A DNA stretch of 64,000 nucleotides from the human T2T-CHM13v2.0 reference genome, Homo sapiens. The DNA lies in NCBI RefSeq assembly GCF_009914755.1, contig NC_060925.1; one strand, given 5' to 3'. The notes under the pieces are model-generated. The model ran no database searches. It was not told where the DNA came from and worked only from the letters and a program-made list of their open reading frames with translations. A program made the position numbers and the translations under genes. This document shows positions 36,901 through 51,954 of the stretch, in pieces. The stretch's first letter is position 1; every line of letters begins with the position of its first letter.

Positions 36901-39900
36901 ACTTCCACCTATCCATTTGCAGATGCTAGAAAAAGAGAGTTTCAAAACTGCTCTATCAAAAGGAATGTTCAACTCTGTGAGTTGAATGCAGTCATCACAG
37001 AGAAGTTTCTGAGAAGGCTTCTGTCTAGATTTTATATGAAGATATACCCGTTTCGAACAAAGGCCACAAAGTGCTCCAAATATCCACTTGCAGGTCCTCC
37101 AACAAGAGTGTTTCAAACGTGAACTATCAAAGGAAGGTTCAACTCTGGACTTTGAATGCAAACGTCAGAAAGATGTTTCTGCGAAAGCTTCTGTTTAGTT
37201 AGGTGAAGTTATCCCGTTTCCAACGAAATCCTCAGAGAGGTCCAAATATCCACCTGCAGATTCTGCAAAAAGTGTGTTTTCAAACTGCTCCACCCAAAGG
37301 CATGTTCAGCTCTGTGAGTTAAACTCAATCATCACAAAGTATTTTCTGAGAATGCTTCTGTCCAGTTTTTACATGAAGCTGTTTCCTTTACTACCGTAGG
37401 CCTCAAAGCGTTCCAAATCTCCACTTGCAGATACTACGAAAAGAGCGTTTCAACCTGAACTCACGAGGGAAGGTTCAACTCTGTCAGTTGAATGCCAACA
37501 TCACAAAGAAGTTCTGGGAATGTTTCTCTTCATTTATGTGAGTTTTATCCCGTTTCCAACGAAATTCTCAGAGAAGTACAAATTTCCACTTGCATATTCT
37601 ACAAAAAGTGTGTTTTGAAAGTGCTCCATCAAAAGATATGCTCAGCTCTGTGAGTTAAACTCAATCATCACAAAGAATTTTCTGAGAATGCTTCTGTCTT
37701 GTTTTAGGATGAAGTTATTTCCTTTATGACGATAGGCCTCAAAGAGGTCCAAATCTCCACTTGCAGATTCTGCAGAAGGAGTGTTTCAAACCTGAACTAT
37801 CAGAGAAAGGTTCAACACTGTGAGTTGAATGCAAGCATTACGAAGAAGGTTCTGAGAATGCCTCTGTTTAGATAGGTGAGTTTTCTCCCGTATCCAACGA
37901 AATCCTCAGAGAGGTCCAAATATCCACTTGCAGATTCTACAGAAAGTGTGTTTTGAAACTGCTCCATCCAAAGGAATGTTCAGCTCTGTGAGTTGAACTC
38001 AATCGTCACAAAGTGTTTCCTGGGAATGCTACTGTCTAGTTTTTATGGGCAGTTATATCCTCTGCTGCCATAGGCCTCAAAGCGGTCCAAATCTCCCCTT
38101 TCAGATTCTACCAAAAGTGTGTTTCCAAACGGCTCTATCAAAGGGAATGTTCAACTCTGTGACTTGAATGCAATCATCACAAAGCAGTTTCTGAGAATGC
38201 TTCCATGTAGCTTTTATGAGCAGATATTTCCTTTTCCACCCCAGGCCTCGAAGCCCTCCAAATGTCCCCTTGCAGATGCTAGAAAGAGAGGGTTTCAAAG
38301 CTGCTCTATCAAAAGGAAAGTACAACTCTGTGAGTTGAATGCAAACATCACAAAGAAGTTCCTGAGCATGCTTCCGTTTAGCTTTTATGGGAAGATTATC
38401 CCTTTTCCATCGAAATGTTCAAAGAGGTCCACATATCCGCTTGCAGATTCCACCGAAAGAGTGTTTCCAAACTGCTGTATCAAAAGGAATCTTCAACTCC
38501 GTGAGTTGAATGCAATCATCACAAAGAAGTTTCTGACAACGCTTCTCTCTAGTTTTTATGTGAAGATATTTCCTTTTCCACCACAGGCCTGAAAGCGCTC
38601 CAAATGTCCACTTGGAGACTCTACGAAAAGAATGTTTCAAAACTGCTCTATGAAAAGCAATGTTATACTCTGGGAGTTGAACACAAGCCTCACAAAGGAG
38701 TTTCTGAGAATGCTTCTGTTTACTTTTTACGTGAAGATATTCCCGTTTCCAAAGAAATCTTCACAGGCTTCCACCTATCCATTTGCAGATGCTAGAAAAA
38801 GAGAGTTTCAAAACTGCTCTATCAAAAGGAATGTTCAACTCTGTGAGTTGAATGCAGTCATCACAGAGAAGTTTCTGAGAAGGCTTCTGTCTAGATTTTA
38901 TGTGAAGATATAGCCGTTTCGAACAAAGGCCACAAAGTGCTCCAAATATCCACTTGCAGGTCCTCCAACAAGAGTGTTTCAAACGTGAACTATCAAAGGA
39001 AGGTTCAACTCTGGACTTTGAATGCAAACGTCAGAAAGATGTTTCTGCGAAAGCTTCTGTTTAGTTAGGTGACGTTATCCCGTTTCCAACGAAATCCTCA
39101 GAGAGGTCCAAATATCCACCTGCAGATTCTGCAAAAAGTGTGTTTCCAAACTGCTCCACCCAAAGGTATGTTCAGCTCTGTGAGTTAAACTCAATCATCA
39201 CAAAGTATTTTCTGAGAATGCTTCTGTCCAGTTTTTACATGAAGCTGTTTCCTTTACTACCGTAGGCCTCAAAGCGTTCCAAATCTCCACTTGCAGATAC
39301 TACGAAAAGAGCGTTTCAACCTGAACTCACGAGGGAAGGTTCAACTCTGTCAGTTGAATGCCAACATCACAAAGAAGTTCTGGGAATGTTTCTCTTCAGT
39401 TATGTGAGTTTTATCCCGTTTCCAACGAAATTATCAGAGAAGTACAAATATCCACTTGCATATTCTACAAAAAGTGTGTTTTGAAAGTGCTCCATCAAAA
39501 GATATGCTCAGCTCTGTGAGTTAAACTCAATCATCACAAAGAATTTTCTGAGAATGCTTCTGTCTTGTTTTAGGATGAAGTTATTTCCTTTACGACGATA
39601 GGCCTCAAAGAGGTCCAAATCTCCACTTGCAGATTCTGCAGAAGGAGTGTTTCAAACCTGAACTATCAGAGAAAGGTTCAACACTGTGAGTTGAATGCAA
39701 GCATCACGAAGAAGGTTCTGAGAATGCCTCTGTTTAGATAGGTGAGTTTTCTCCCTTATCCAACGAAATCCTCAGAGAGGTCCAAATATCCACTTGCAGA
39801 TTCTACCGAAAGTGTGTTTTGAAACTACTCCATCCAAAGGAATGTTCAGCTCTGTGAGTTGAACTCAATCGTCACAAAGTGTTTCCTGGGAATGCTACTG

Positions 39901-42900
39901 TCTAGTTTTTATGGACAGTTATATCCTCTGCTGCCATAGGCCTCAAAGCGGTCCAAATCTCCCCTTTCAGATTCTACCAAAAGTGTGTTTCCAAACGGCT
40001 CTATCAAAGGGAATGTTCAGCTCTGTGACTTGAATGCAATCATCACAAAGCAGTTTCTGAGAATGCTTCCATGTAGCTTTTATGAGCAGATATTTCCTTT
40101 TCCACCCCAGGCCTCGAAGCCCTCCAAATGTCCCCTGGCAGATGCTAGAATGAGAGGGTTTCAAAGCTGCTCTATCAAAAGGAAAGGACAACTCTGTGAG
40201 TTGAATGCAAACATCACAAAGAAGTTCCTGAGCATGCTTCTGTTTAGCTTTTATGGGAAGATAATCCCTTTTCCATCGAAATGTTCAAAGAGGTCCACAT
40301 ATCCGCTTGCAGATTCCACCGAAAGAGTGTTTCCAAACTGCTGTATCAAAAGGAATCTTCAACTCCGTGAGTTGAATGCAGTCATCACAAAGAAGTTTCT
40401 GACAACGCTTCTCTCTAGTTTTTATGTGAAGATATTTCCTTTTCCACCACAGGCCTGAAAGCGCTCCAAATGTCCACTTGGAGACTCTACGAAAAGAATG
40501 TTTCAAAACTGCTCTATGAAAAGCAATGTTATACTCTGGGAGTTGAACACAAGCCTCACAAAGGAGTTTCTGAGAATGCTTCTGTTTACTTTTTACGTGA
40601 AGATATTCCCGTTTCCAAAGAAATCTTCACAGGCTTCCACCTATCCATTTGCAGATGCTAGAAAAAGAGAGTTTCAAAACTGCTCTATCAAAAGGAATGT
40701 TCAACTCTGTGAGTTGAATGCAGTCATCACAGAGAAGTTTCTGAGAAGGCTTCTGTCTAGATTTTATGTGAAGATATAGCCGTTTCGAACAAAGGCCACA
40801 AAGTGCTCCAAATATCCACTTGCAGGTCCTCCAACAAGAGTGTTTCAAACGTGAACTATCAAAGGAAGGTTCAACTCTGGACTTTGAATGCAAACGTCAG
40901 AAAGATGTTTCTGCGAAAGCTTCTGTTTAGTTAGGTGACGTTATCCCGTTTCCAACGAAATCCTCAGAGAGGTCCAAATATCCACCTGCAGATTCTGCAA
41001 AAAGTGTGTTTCCAAACTGCTCCACCCAAAGGCATGTTCAGCTCTGTGAGTTAAACTCAATCATCACAAAGTATTTTCTGAGAATGCTTCTGTCCAGTTT
41101 TTACATGAAGCTGTTTCCTTTACTACCGTAGGCCTCAAAGCGTTCCAAATCTCCACTTGCAGATACTACGAAAAGAGCGTTTCAACCTGAACTCACGAGG
41201 GAATGTTCAACTCTGTCAGTTGAATGCCAACATCACAAAGAAGTTCTGGGAATGTTTCTCTTCAGTTATGTGAGTTTTATCCCGTTTCCAACGAAATTCT
41301 CAGAGAAGTACAAATATCCACTTGCATATTCTACAAAAAGTGTGTTTTGAATGTGCTCCATCAAAAGATATGCTCAGCTCTGTGAGTTAAACTCAATCAT
41401 CACAAAGAATTTTCTGAGAATGCTTCTGTCTTGTTTTAGGATGAAGTTATTTCCTTTACGACGATAGGCCTCAAAGAGGTCCAAATCTCCACTTGCAGAT
41501 TCTGCAGAAGGAGTGTTTCAAACCTGAACTATCAGAGAAAGTTTCAGCACTGTGAGTTGAATGCAAGCATCACGAAGAAGGTTCTGAGAATGCCTCTGTT
41601 TAGATAGGTGAGTTTTCTCCCGTATCCAACGAAATCCTCAGAGAGGTCCAAATATCCACTTGCAGATTCTACAGAAAGTGTGTTTTGAAACTGCTCCATC
41701 CAAAGGAATGTTCAGCTCTGTGAGTTGAACTCAATCGTCACAAAGTGTTTCCTGGGAATGCTACTGTCTAGTTTTTATGGGCAGTTATATCCTCTGCTGC
41801 CATAGGCCTCAAAGCGGTCCAAATCTCCCCTTTCAGATTCTACCAAAAGTGTGTTTCCAAACGGCTCTATCAAAGGGAATGTTCAACTCTGTGACTTGAA
41901 TGCAATCATCACAAAGCAGTTTCTGAGAATGCTTCCATGTAGCTTTTATGAGCAGATATTTCCTTTTCCACCCCAGGCCTCGAAGCCCTCCAAATGTCCC
42001 CTTGCAGATGCTAGAAAGAGAGGGTTTCAAAGCTGCTCTATCAAAAGGAAAGTACAACTCTGTGAGTTGAATGCAAACATCACAAAGAAGTTCCTGAGCA
42101 TGCTTCCGTTTAGCTTTTATGGGAAGATTATCCCTTTTCCATCGAAATGTTCAAAGAGGTCCACATATCCGCTTGCAGATTCCACCGAAAGAGTGTTTCC
42201 AAACTGCTGTTTCAAAAGGAATCTTCAACTCCGTGAGTTGAATGCAATCATCACAAAGAAGTTTCTGACAACGCTTCTCTCTAGTTTTTATGTGAAGATA
42301 TTTCCTTTTCCACCACAGGCCTGAAAGCGCTCCAAATGTCCACTTGGAGACTCTACGAAAAGAATGTTTCAAAACTGCTCTATGAAAAGCAATGTTATAC
42401 TCTGGGAGTTGAACACAAGCCTCACAAAGGAGTTTCTGAGAATGCTTCTGTTTACTTTTTACGTGAAGATATTCCCGTTTCCAAAGAAATCTTCACAGGC
42501 TTCCACCTATCCATTTGCAGATGCTAGAAAAAGAGAGTTTCAAAACTGCTCTATCAAAAGGAATGTTCAACTCTGTGAGTTGAATGCAGTCATCACAGAG
42601 AAGTTTCTGAGAAGGCTTCTGTCTAGATTTTATGTGAAGATATAGCCGTTTCGAACAAAGGCCACAAAGTGCTCCAAATATCCACTTGCAGGTCCTCCAA
42701 CAAGAGTGTTTCAAACGTGAACTATCAAAGGAAGGTTCAACTCTGGACTTTGAATGCAAACGTCAGAAAGATGTTTCTGCGAAAGCTTCTGTTTAGTTAG
42801 GTGACGTTATCCCGTTTCCAACGAAATCCTCAGAGAGGTCCAAATATCCACCTGCAGATTCTGCAAAAAGTGTGTTTCCAAACTGCTCCACCCAAAGGTA

Positions 42901-45900
42901 TGTTCAGCTCTGTGAGTTAAACTCAATCATCACAAAGTATTTTCTGAGAATGCTTCTGTCCAGTTTTTACATGAAGCTGTTTCCTTTACTACCGTAGGCC
43001 TCAAAGCGTTCCAAATCTCCACTTGCAGATACTACGAAAAGAGCGTTTCAACCTGAACTCACGAGGGAAGGTTCAACTCTGTCAGTTGAATGCCAACATC
43101 ACAAAGAAGTTCTGGGAATGTTTCTCTTCAGTTATGTGAGTTTTATCCCGTTTCCAACGAAATTCTCAGAGAAGTACAAATATCCACTTGCATATTCTAC
43201 AAAAAGTGTGTTTTGAAAGTGCTCCATCAAAAGATATGCTCAGCTCTGTGAGTTAAACTCAATCATCACAAAGAATTTTCTGAGAATGCTTCTGTCTTGT
43301 TTTAGGATGAAGTTATTTCCTTTACGACGATAGGCCTCAAAGAGGTCCAAATCTCCACTTGCAGATTCTGCAGAAGGAGTGTTTCAAACCTGAACTATCA
43401 GAGAAAGGTTCAACACTGTGAGTTGAATGCAAGCATCACGAAGAAGGTTCTGAGAATGCCTCTGTTTAGATAGGTGAGTTTTCTCCCTTATCCAACGAAA
43501 TCCTCAGAGAGGTCCAAATATCCACTTGCAGATTCTACCGAAAGTGTGTTTTGAAACTGCTCCATCCAAAGGAATGTTCAGCTCTGTGAGTTGAACTCAA
43601 TCGTCACAAAGTGTTTCCTGGGAATGCTACTGTCTAGTTTTTATGGGCAGTTATATCCTCTGCTGCCATAGGCCTCAAAGCGGTCCAAATCTCCCCTTTC
43701 AGATTCTACCAAAAGTGTGTTTCCAAACGGCTCTATCAAAGGGAATGTTCAGCTCTGTGACTTGAATGCAATCATCACAAAGCAGTTTCTGAGAATGCTT
43801 CCATGTAGCTTTTATGAGCAGATATTTCCTTTTCCACCCCAGGCCTCGAAGCCCTCCAAATGTCCCCTTGCAGATGCTAGAAAGAGAGGGTTTCAAAGCT
43901 GCTCTATCAAAAGGAAAGGACAACTCTGTGAGTTGAATGCAAACATCACAAAGAAGTTCCTGAGCATGCTTCCGTTTAGCTTTTATGGGAAGATAATCCC
44001 TTTTCCATCGAAATGTTCAAAGAGGTCCACATATCCGCTTGCAGATTCCACCGAAAGAGTGTTTCCAAACTGCTGTATCAAAAGGAATCTTCAACTCCGT
44101 GAGTTGAATGCAATCATCACAAAGAAGTTTCTGACAACGCTTCTCTCTAGTTTTTATGTGAAGATATTTCCTTTTCCACCACAGGCCTGAAAGCGCTCCA
44201 AATGTCCACTTGGAGACTCTACGAAAAGAATGTTTCAAAACTGCTCTATGAAAAGCAATGTTATACTCTGGGAGTTGAACACAAGCCTCACAAAGGAGTT
44301 TCTGAGAATGCTTCTGTTTACTTTTTACGTGAAGATATTCCCGTTTCCAAAGAAATCTTCACAGGCTTCCACCTATCCATTTGCAGATGCTAGAAAAAGA
44401 GAGTTTCAAAACTGCTCTATCAAAAGGAATGTTCAACTCTGTGAGTTGAATGCAGTCATCACAGAGAAGTTTCTGAGAAGGCTTCTGTCTAGATTTTATG
44501 TGAAGATATAGCCGTTTCGAACAAAGGCCACAAAGTGCTCCAAATATCCACTTGCAGGTCCTCCAACAAGAGTGTTTCAAACGTGAACTATCAAAGGAAG
44601 GTTCAACTCTGGACTTTGAATGCAAACGTCAGAAAGATGTTTCTGCGAAAGCTTCTGTTTAGTTATGTGACGTTATCCCGTTTCCAACGAAATCCTCAGA
44701 GAGGTCCAAATATCCACCTGCAGATTCTGCAAAAAGTGTGTTTCCAAACTGCTGCACCCAAAGGCATGTTCAGCTCTGTGAGTTAAACTCAATCATCACA
44801 AAGTATTTTCTGAGAATGCTTCTGTCCAGTTTTTACATGAAGCTGTTTCCTTTACTACCGTAGGCCTCAAAGCGTTCCAAATCTCCACTTGCAGATACTA
44901 CGAAAAGAGCGTTTCAACCTGAACTCACGAGGGAAGGTTCAACTCTGTCAGTTGAATGCCAACATCACAAAGAAGTTCTGGGAATGTTTCTCTTCAGTTA
45001 TGTGAGTTTTATCCCGTTTCCAACGAAATTCTCAGAGAAGTACAAATATCCACTTGCATATTCTACAAAAAGTGTGTTTTGAAAGTGCTCCATCAAAAGA
45101 TATGCTCAGCTCTGTGAGTTAAACTCAATCATCACAAAGAATTTTCTGAGAATGCTTCTGTCTTGTTTTAGGATGAAGTTATTTCCTTTACGACGATAGG
45201 CCTCAAAGAGGTCCAAATCTCCACTTGCAGATTCTGCAGAAGGAGTGTTTCAAACCTGAACTATCAGAGAAAGGTTCAACACTGTGAGTTGAATGCAAGC
45301 ATCACGAAGAAGGTTCTGAGAATGCCTCTGTTTAGATAGGTGAGTTTTCTCCCTTATCCAACGAAATCCTCAGAGAGGTCCAAATATCCACTTGCAGATT
45401 CTACCGAAAGTGTGTTTTGAAACTGCTCCATCCAAAGGAATGTTCAGCTCTGTGAGTTGAACTCAATCGTCACAAAGTGTTTCCTGGGAATGCTACTGTC
45501 TAGTTTTTATGGGCAGTTATATCCTCTGCTGCCATAGGCCTCAAAGCGGTCCAAATCTCCCCTTTCAGATTCTACCAAAAGTGTGTTTCCAAACGGCTCT
45601 ATCAAAGGGAATGTTCAGCTCTGTGACTTGAATGTAATCATCACAAAGCAGTTTCTGAGAATGCTTCCATGTAGCTTTTATGAGCAGATATTTCCTTTTC
45701 CACCCCAGGCCTCGAAGCCCTCCAAATGTCCCCTTGCAGATGCTAGAAAGAGAGGGTTTCAAAGCTGCTCTATCAAAAGGAAAGGACAACTCTGTGAGTT
45801 GAATGCAAACATCACAAAGAAGTTCCTGAGCATGCTTCCGTTTAGCTTTTATGGGAAGATAATCCCTTTTCCATCGAAATGTTCAAAGAGGTCCACATAT

Positions 45901-48900
45901 CCGCTTGCAGATTCCACCGAAAGAGTGTTTCCAAACTGCTGTATCAAAAGGAATCTTCAACTCCGTGAGTTGAATGCAATCATCACAAAGAAGTTTCTGA
46001 CAACGCTTCTCTCTAGTTTTTATGTGAAGATATTTCCTTTTCCACCACAGGCCTGAAAGCGCTCCAAATGTCCACTTGGAGACTCTACGAAAAGAATGTT
46101 TCAAAACTGCTCTATGAAAAGCAATGTTATACTCTGGGAGTTGAACACAAGCCTCACAAAGGAGTTTCTGAGAATGCTTCTGTTTACTTTTTACGTGAAG
46201 ATATTCCCGTTTCCAAAGAAATCTTCACAGGCTTCCACCTATCCATTTGCAGATGCTAGAAAAAGAGAGTTTCAAAACTGCTCTATCAAAAGGAATGTTC
46301 AACTCTGTGAGTTGAATGCAGTCATCACAGAGAAGTTTCTGAGAAGGCTTCTGTCTAGATTTTATGTGAAGATATAGCCGTTTCGAACAAAGGCCACAAA
46401 GTGCTCCAAATATCCACTTGCAGGTCCTCCAACAAGAGTGTTTCAAACGTGAACTATCAAAGGAAGGTTCAACTCTGGACTTTGAATGCAAACGTCAGAA
46501 AGATGTTTCTGCGAAAGCTTCTGTTTAGTTAGGTGACGTTATCCCGTTTCCAACGAAATCCTCAGAGAGGTCCAAATATCCACCTGCAGATTCTGCAAAA
46601 AGTGTGTTTCCAAACTGCTCCACCCAAAGGTATGTTCAGCTCTGTGAGTTAAACTCAATCATCACAAAGTATTTTCTGAGAATGCTTCTGTCCAGTTTTT
46701 ACATGAAGCTGTTTCCTTTACTACCGTAGGCCTCAAAGCGTTCCAAATCTCCACTTGCAGATACTACGAAAAGAGCGTTTCAACCTGAACTCACGAGGGA
46801 AGGTTCAACTCTGTCAGTTGAATGCCAACATCACAAAGAAGTTCTGGGAATGTTTCTCTTCAGTTATGTGAGTTTTATCCCGTTTCCAACGAAATTCTCA
46901 GAGAAGTACAAATATCCACTTGCATATTCTACAAAAAGTGTGTTTTGAAAGTGCTCCATCAAAAGATATGCTCAGCTCTGTGAGTTAAACTCAATCATCA
47001 CAAAGAATTTTCTGAGAATGCTTCTGTCTTGTTTTAGGATGAAGTTATTTCCTTTACGACGATAGGCCTCAAAGAGGTCCAAATCTCCACTTGCAGATTC
47101 TGCAGAAGGAGTGTTTCAAACCTGAACTATCAGAGAAAGGTTCAACACTGTGAGTTGAATGCAAGCATCACGAAGAAGGTTCTGAGAATGCCTCTGTTTA
47201 GATAGGTGAGTTTTCTCCCTTATCCAACGAAATCCTCAGAGAGGTCCAAATATCCACTTGCAGATTCTACCGAAAGTGTGTTTTGAAACTGCTCCATCCA
47301 AAGGAATGTTCAGCTCTGTGAGTTGAACTCAATCGTCACAAAGTGTTTCCTGGGAATGCTACTGTCTAGTTTTTATGGGCAGTTATATCCTCTGCTGCCA
47401 TAGGCCTCAAAGCGGTCCAAATCTCCCCTTTCAGATTCTACCAAAAGTGTGTTTCCAAACGGCTCTATCAAAGGGAATGTTCAGCTCTGTGACTTGAATG
47501 CAATCATCACAAAGCAGTTTCTGAGAATGCTTCCATGTAGCTTTTATGAGCAGATATTTCCTTTTCCACCCCAGGCCTCGAAGCCCTCCAAATGTCCCCT
47601 TGCAGATGCTAGAAAGAGAGGGTTTCAAAGCTGCTCTATCAAAAGGAAAGGACAACTCTGTGAGTTGAATGCAAACATCACAAAGAAGTTCCTGAGCATG
47701 CTTCCGTTTAGCTTTTATGGGAAGATAATCCCTTTTCCATCGAAATGTTCAAAGAGGTCCACATATCCGCTTGCAGATTCCACCGAAAGAGTGTTTCCAA
47801 ACTGCTGTATCAAAAGGAATCTTCAACTCCGTGAGTTGAATGCAATCATCACAAAGAAGTTTCTGACAACGCTTCTCTCTAGTTTTTATGTGAAGATATT
47901 TCCTTTTCCACCACAGGCCTGAAAGCGCTCCAAATGTCCACTTGGAGACTCTACGAAAAGAATGTTTCAAAACTGCTCTATGAAAAGCAATGTTATACTC
48001 TGGGAGTTGAACACAAGCCTCACAAAGGAGTTTCTGAGAATGCTTCTGTTTACTTTTTACGTGAAGATATTCCCGTTTCCAAAGAAATCTTCACAGGCTT
48101 CCACCTATCCATTTGCAGATGCTAGAAAAAGAGAGTTTCAAAACTGCTCTATCAAAAGGAATGTTCAACTCTGTGAGTTGAATGCAGTCATCACAGAGAA
48201 GTTTCTGAGAAGGCTTCTGTCTAGATTTTATGTGAAGATATAGCCGTTTCGAACAAAGGCCACAAAGTGCTCCAAATATCCACTTGCAGGTCCTCCAACA
48301 AGAGTGTTTCAAACGTGAACTATCAAAGGAAGGTTCAACTCTGGACTTTGAATGCAAACGTCAGAAAGATGTTTCTGCGAAAGCTTCTGTTTAGTTATGT
48401 GACGTTATCCCGTTTCCAACGAAATCCTCAGAGAGGTCCAAATATCCACCTGCAGATTCTGCAAAAAGTGTGTTTCCAAACTGCTGCACCCAAAGGCATG
48501 TTCAGCTCTGTGAGTTAAACTCAATCATCACAAAGTATTTTCTGAGAATGCTTCTGTCCAGTTTTTACATGAAGCTGTTTCCTTTACTACCGTAGGCCTC
48601 AAAGCGTTCCAAATCTCCACTTGCAGATACTACGAAAAGAGCGTTTCAACCTGAACTCACGAGGGAAGGTTCAACTCTGTCAGTTGAATGCCAACATCAC
48701 AAAGAAGTTCTGGGAATGTTTCTCTTCAGTTATGTGAGTTTTATCCCGTTTCCAACGAAATTCTCAGAGAAGTACAAATATCCACTTGCATATTCTACAA
48801 AAAGTGTGTTTTGAAAGTGCTCCATCAAAAGATATGCTCAGCTCTGTGAGTTAAACTCAATCATCACAAAGAATTTTCTGAGAATGCTTCTGTCTTGTTT

Positions 48901-51900
48901 TAGGATGAAGTTATTTCCTTTACGACGATAGGCCTCAAAGAGGTCCAAATCTCCACTTGCAGATTCTGCAGAAGGAGTGTTTCAAACCTGAACTATCAGA
49001 GAAAGGTTCAACACTGTGAGTTGAATGCAAGCATCACGAAGAAGGTTCTGAGAATGCCTCTGTTTAGATAGGTGAGTTTTCTCCCTTATCCAACGAAATC
49101 CTCAGAGAGGTCCAAATATCCACTTGCAGATTCTACCGAAAGTGTGTTTTGAAACTGCTCCATCCAAAGGAATGTTCAGCTCTGTGAGTTGAACTCAATC
49201 GTCACAAAGTGTTTCCTGGGAATGCTACTGTCTAGTTTTTATGGGCAGTTATATCCTCTGCTGCCATAGGCCTCAAAGCGGTCCAAATCTCCCCTTTCAG
49301 ATTCTACCAAAAGTGTGTTTCCAAACGGCTCTATCAAAGGGAATGTTCAGCTCTGTGACTTGAATGCAATCATCACAAAGCAGTTTCTGAGAATGCTTCC
49401 ATGTAGCTTTTATGAGCAGATATTTCCTTTTCCACCCCAGGCCTCGAAGCCCTCCAAATGTCCCCTTGCAGATGCTAGAAAGAGAGGGTTTCAAAGCTGC
49501 TCTATCAAAAGGAAAGGACAACTCTGTGAGTTGAATGCAAACATCACAAAGAAGTTCCTGAGCATGCTTCCGTTTAGCTTTTATGGGAAGATAATCCCTT
49601 TTCCATCGAAATGTTCAAAGAGGTCCACATATCCGCTTGCAGATTCCACCGAAAGAGTGTTTCCAAACTGCTGTATCAAAAGGAATCTTCAACTCCGTGA
49701 GTTGAATGCAATCATCACAAAGAAGTTTCTGACAACGCTTCTCTCTAGTTTTTATGTGAAGATATTTCCTTTTCCACCACAGGCCTGAAAGCGCTCCAAA
49801 TGTCCACTTGGAGACTCTACGAAAAGAATGTTTCAAAACTGCTCTATGAAAAGCAATGTTATACTCTGGGAGTTGAACACAAGCCTCACAAAGGAGTTTC
49901 TGAGAATGCTTCTGTTTACTTTTTACGTGAAGATATTCCCGTTTCCAAAGAAATCTTCACAGGCTTCCACCTATCCATTTGCAGATGCTAGAAAAAGAGA
50001 GTTTCAAAACTGCTCTATCAAAAGGAATGTTCAACTCTGTGAGTTGAATGCAGTCATCACAGAGAAGTTTCTGAGAAGGCTTCTGTCTAGATTTTATGTG
50101 AAGATATAGCCGTTTCGAACAAAGGCCACAAAGTGCTCCAAATATCCACTTGCAGGTCCTCCAACAAGAGTGTTTCAAACGTGAACTATCAAAGGAAGGT
50201 TCAACTCTGGACTTTGAATGCAAACGTCAGAAAGATGTTTCTGCGAAAGCTTCTGTTTAGTTATGTGACGTTATCCCGTTTCCAACGAAATCCTCAGAGA
50301 GGTCCAAATATCCACCTGCAGATTCTGCAAAAAGTGTGTTTCCAAACTGCTGCACCCAAAGGCATGTTCAGCTCTGTGAGTTAAACTCAATCATCACAAA
50401 GTATTTTCTGAGAATGCTTCTGTCCAGTTTTTACATGAAGCTGTTTCCTTTACTACCGTAGGCCTCAAAGCGTTCCAAATCTCCACTTGCAGATACTACG
50501 AAAAGAGCGTTTCAACCTGAACTCACGAGGGAAGGTTCAACTCTGTCAGTTGAATGCCAACATCACAAAGAAGTTCTGGGAATGTTTCTCTTCAGTTATG
50601 TGAGTTTTATCCCGTTTCCAACGAAATTCTCAGAGAAGTACAAATATCCACTTGCATATTCTACAAAAAGTGTGTTTTGAAAGTGCTCCATCAAAAGATA
50701 TGCTCAGCTCTGTGAGTTAAACTCAATCATCACAAAGAATTTTCTGAGAATGCTTCTGTCTTGTTTTAGGATGAAGTTATTTCCTTTACGACGATAGGCC
50801 TCAAAGAGGTCCAAATCTCCACTTGCAGATTCTGCAGAAGGAGTGTTTCAAACCTGAACTATCAGAGAAAGGTTCAACACTGTGAGTTGAATGCAAGCAT
50901 CACGAAGAAGGTTCTGAGAATGCCTCTGTTTAGATAGGTGAGTTTTCTCCCTTATCCAACGAAATCCTCAGAGAGGTCCAAATATCCACTTGCAGATTCT
51001 ACCGAAAGTGTGTTTTGAAACTGCTCCATCCAAAGGAATGTTCAGCTCTGTGAGTTGAACTCAATCGTCACAAAGTGTTTCCTGGGAATGCTACTGTCTA
51101 GTTTTTATGGGCAGTTATATCCTCTGCTGCCATAGGCCTCAAAGCGGTCCAAATCTCCCCTTTCAGATTCTACCAAAAGTGTGTTTCCAAACGGCTCTAT
51201 CAAAGGGAATGTTCAGCTCTGTGACTTGAATGTAATCATCACAAAGCAGTTTCTGAGAATGCTTCCATGTAGCTTTTATGAGCAGATATTTCCTTTTCCA
51301 CCCCAGGCCTCGAAGCCCTCCAAATGTCCCCTTGCAGATGCTAGAAAGAGAGGGTTTCAAAGCTGCTCTATCAAAAGGAAAGGACAACTCTGTGAGTTGA
51401 ATGCAAACATCACAAAGAAGTTCCTGAGCATGCTTCCGTTTAGCTTTTATGGGAAGATAATCCCTTTTCCATCGAAATGTTCAAAGAGGTCCACATATCC
51501 GCTTGCAGATTCCACCGAAAGAGTGTTTCCAAACTGCTGTATCAAAAGGAATCTTCAACTCCGTGAGTTGAATGCAATCATCACAAAGAAGTTTCTGACA
51601 ACGCTTCTCTCTAGTTTTTATGTGAAGATATTTCCTTTTCCACCACAGGCCTGAAAGCGCTCCAAATGTCCACTTGGAGACTCTACGAAAAGAATGTTTC
51701 AAAACTGCTCTATGAAAAGCAATGTTATACTCTGGGAGTTGAACACAAGCCTCACAAAGGAGTTTCTGAGAATGCTTCTGTTTACTTTTTACGTGAAGAT
51801 ATTCCCGTTTCCAAAGAAATCTTCACAGGCTTCCACCTATCCATTTGCAGATGCTAGAAAAAGAGAGTTTCAAAACTGCTCTATCAAAAGGAATGTTCAA

Positions 51901-51954
51901 CTCTGTGAGTTGAATGCAGTCATCACAGAGAAGTTTCTGAGAAGGCTTCTGTCT

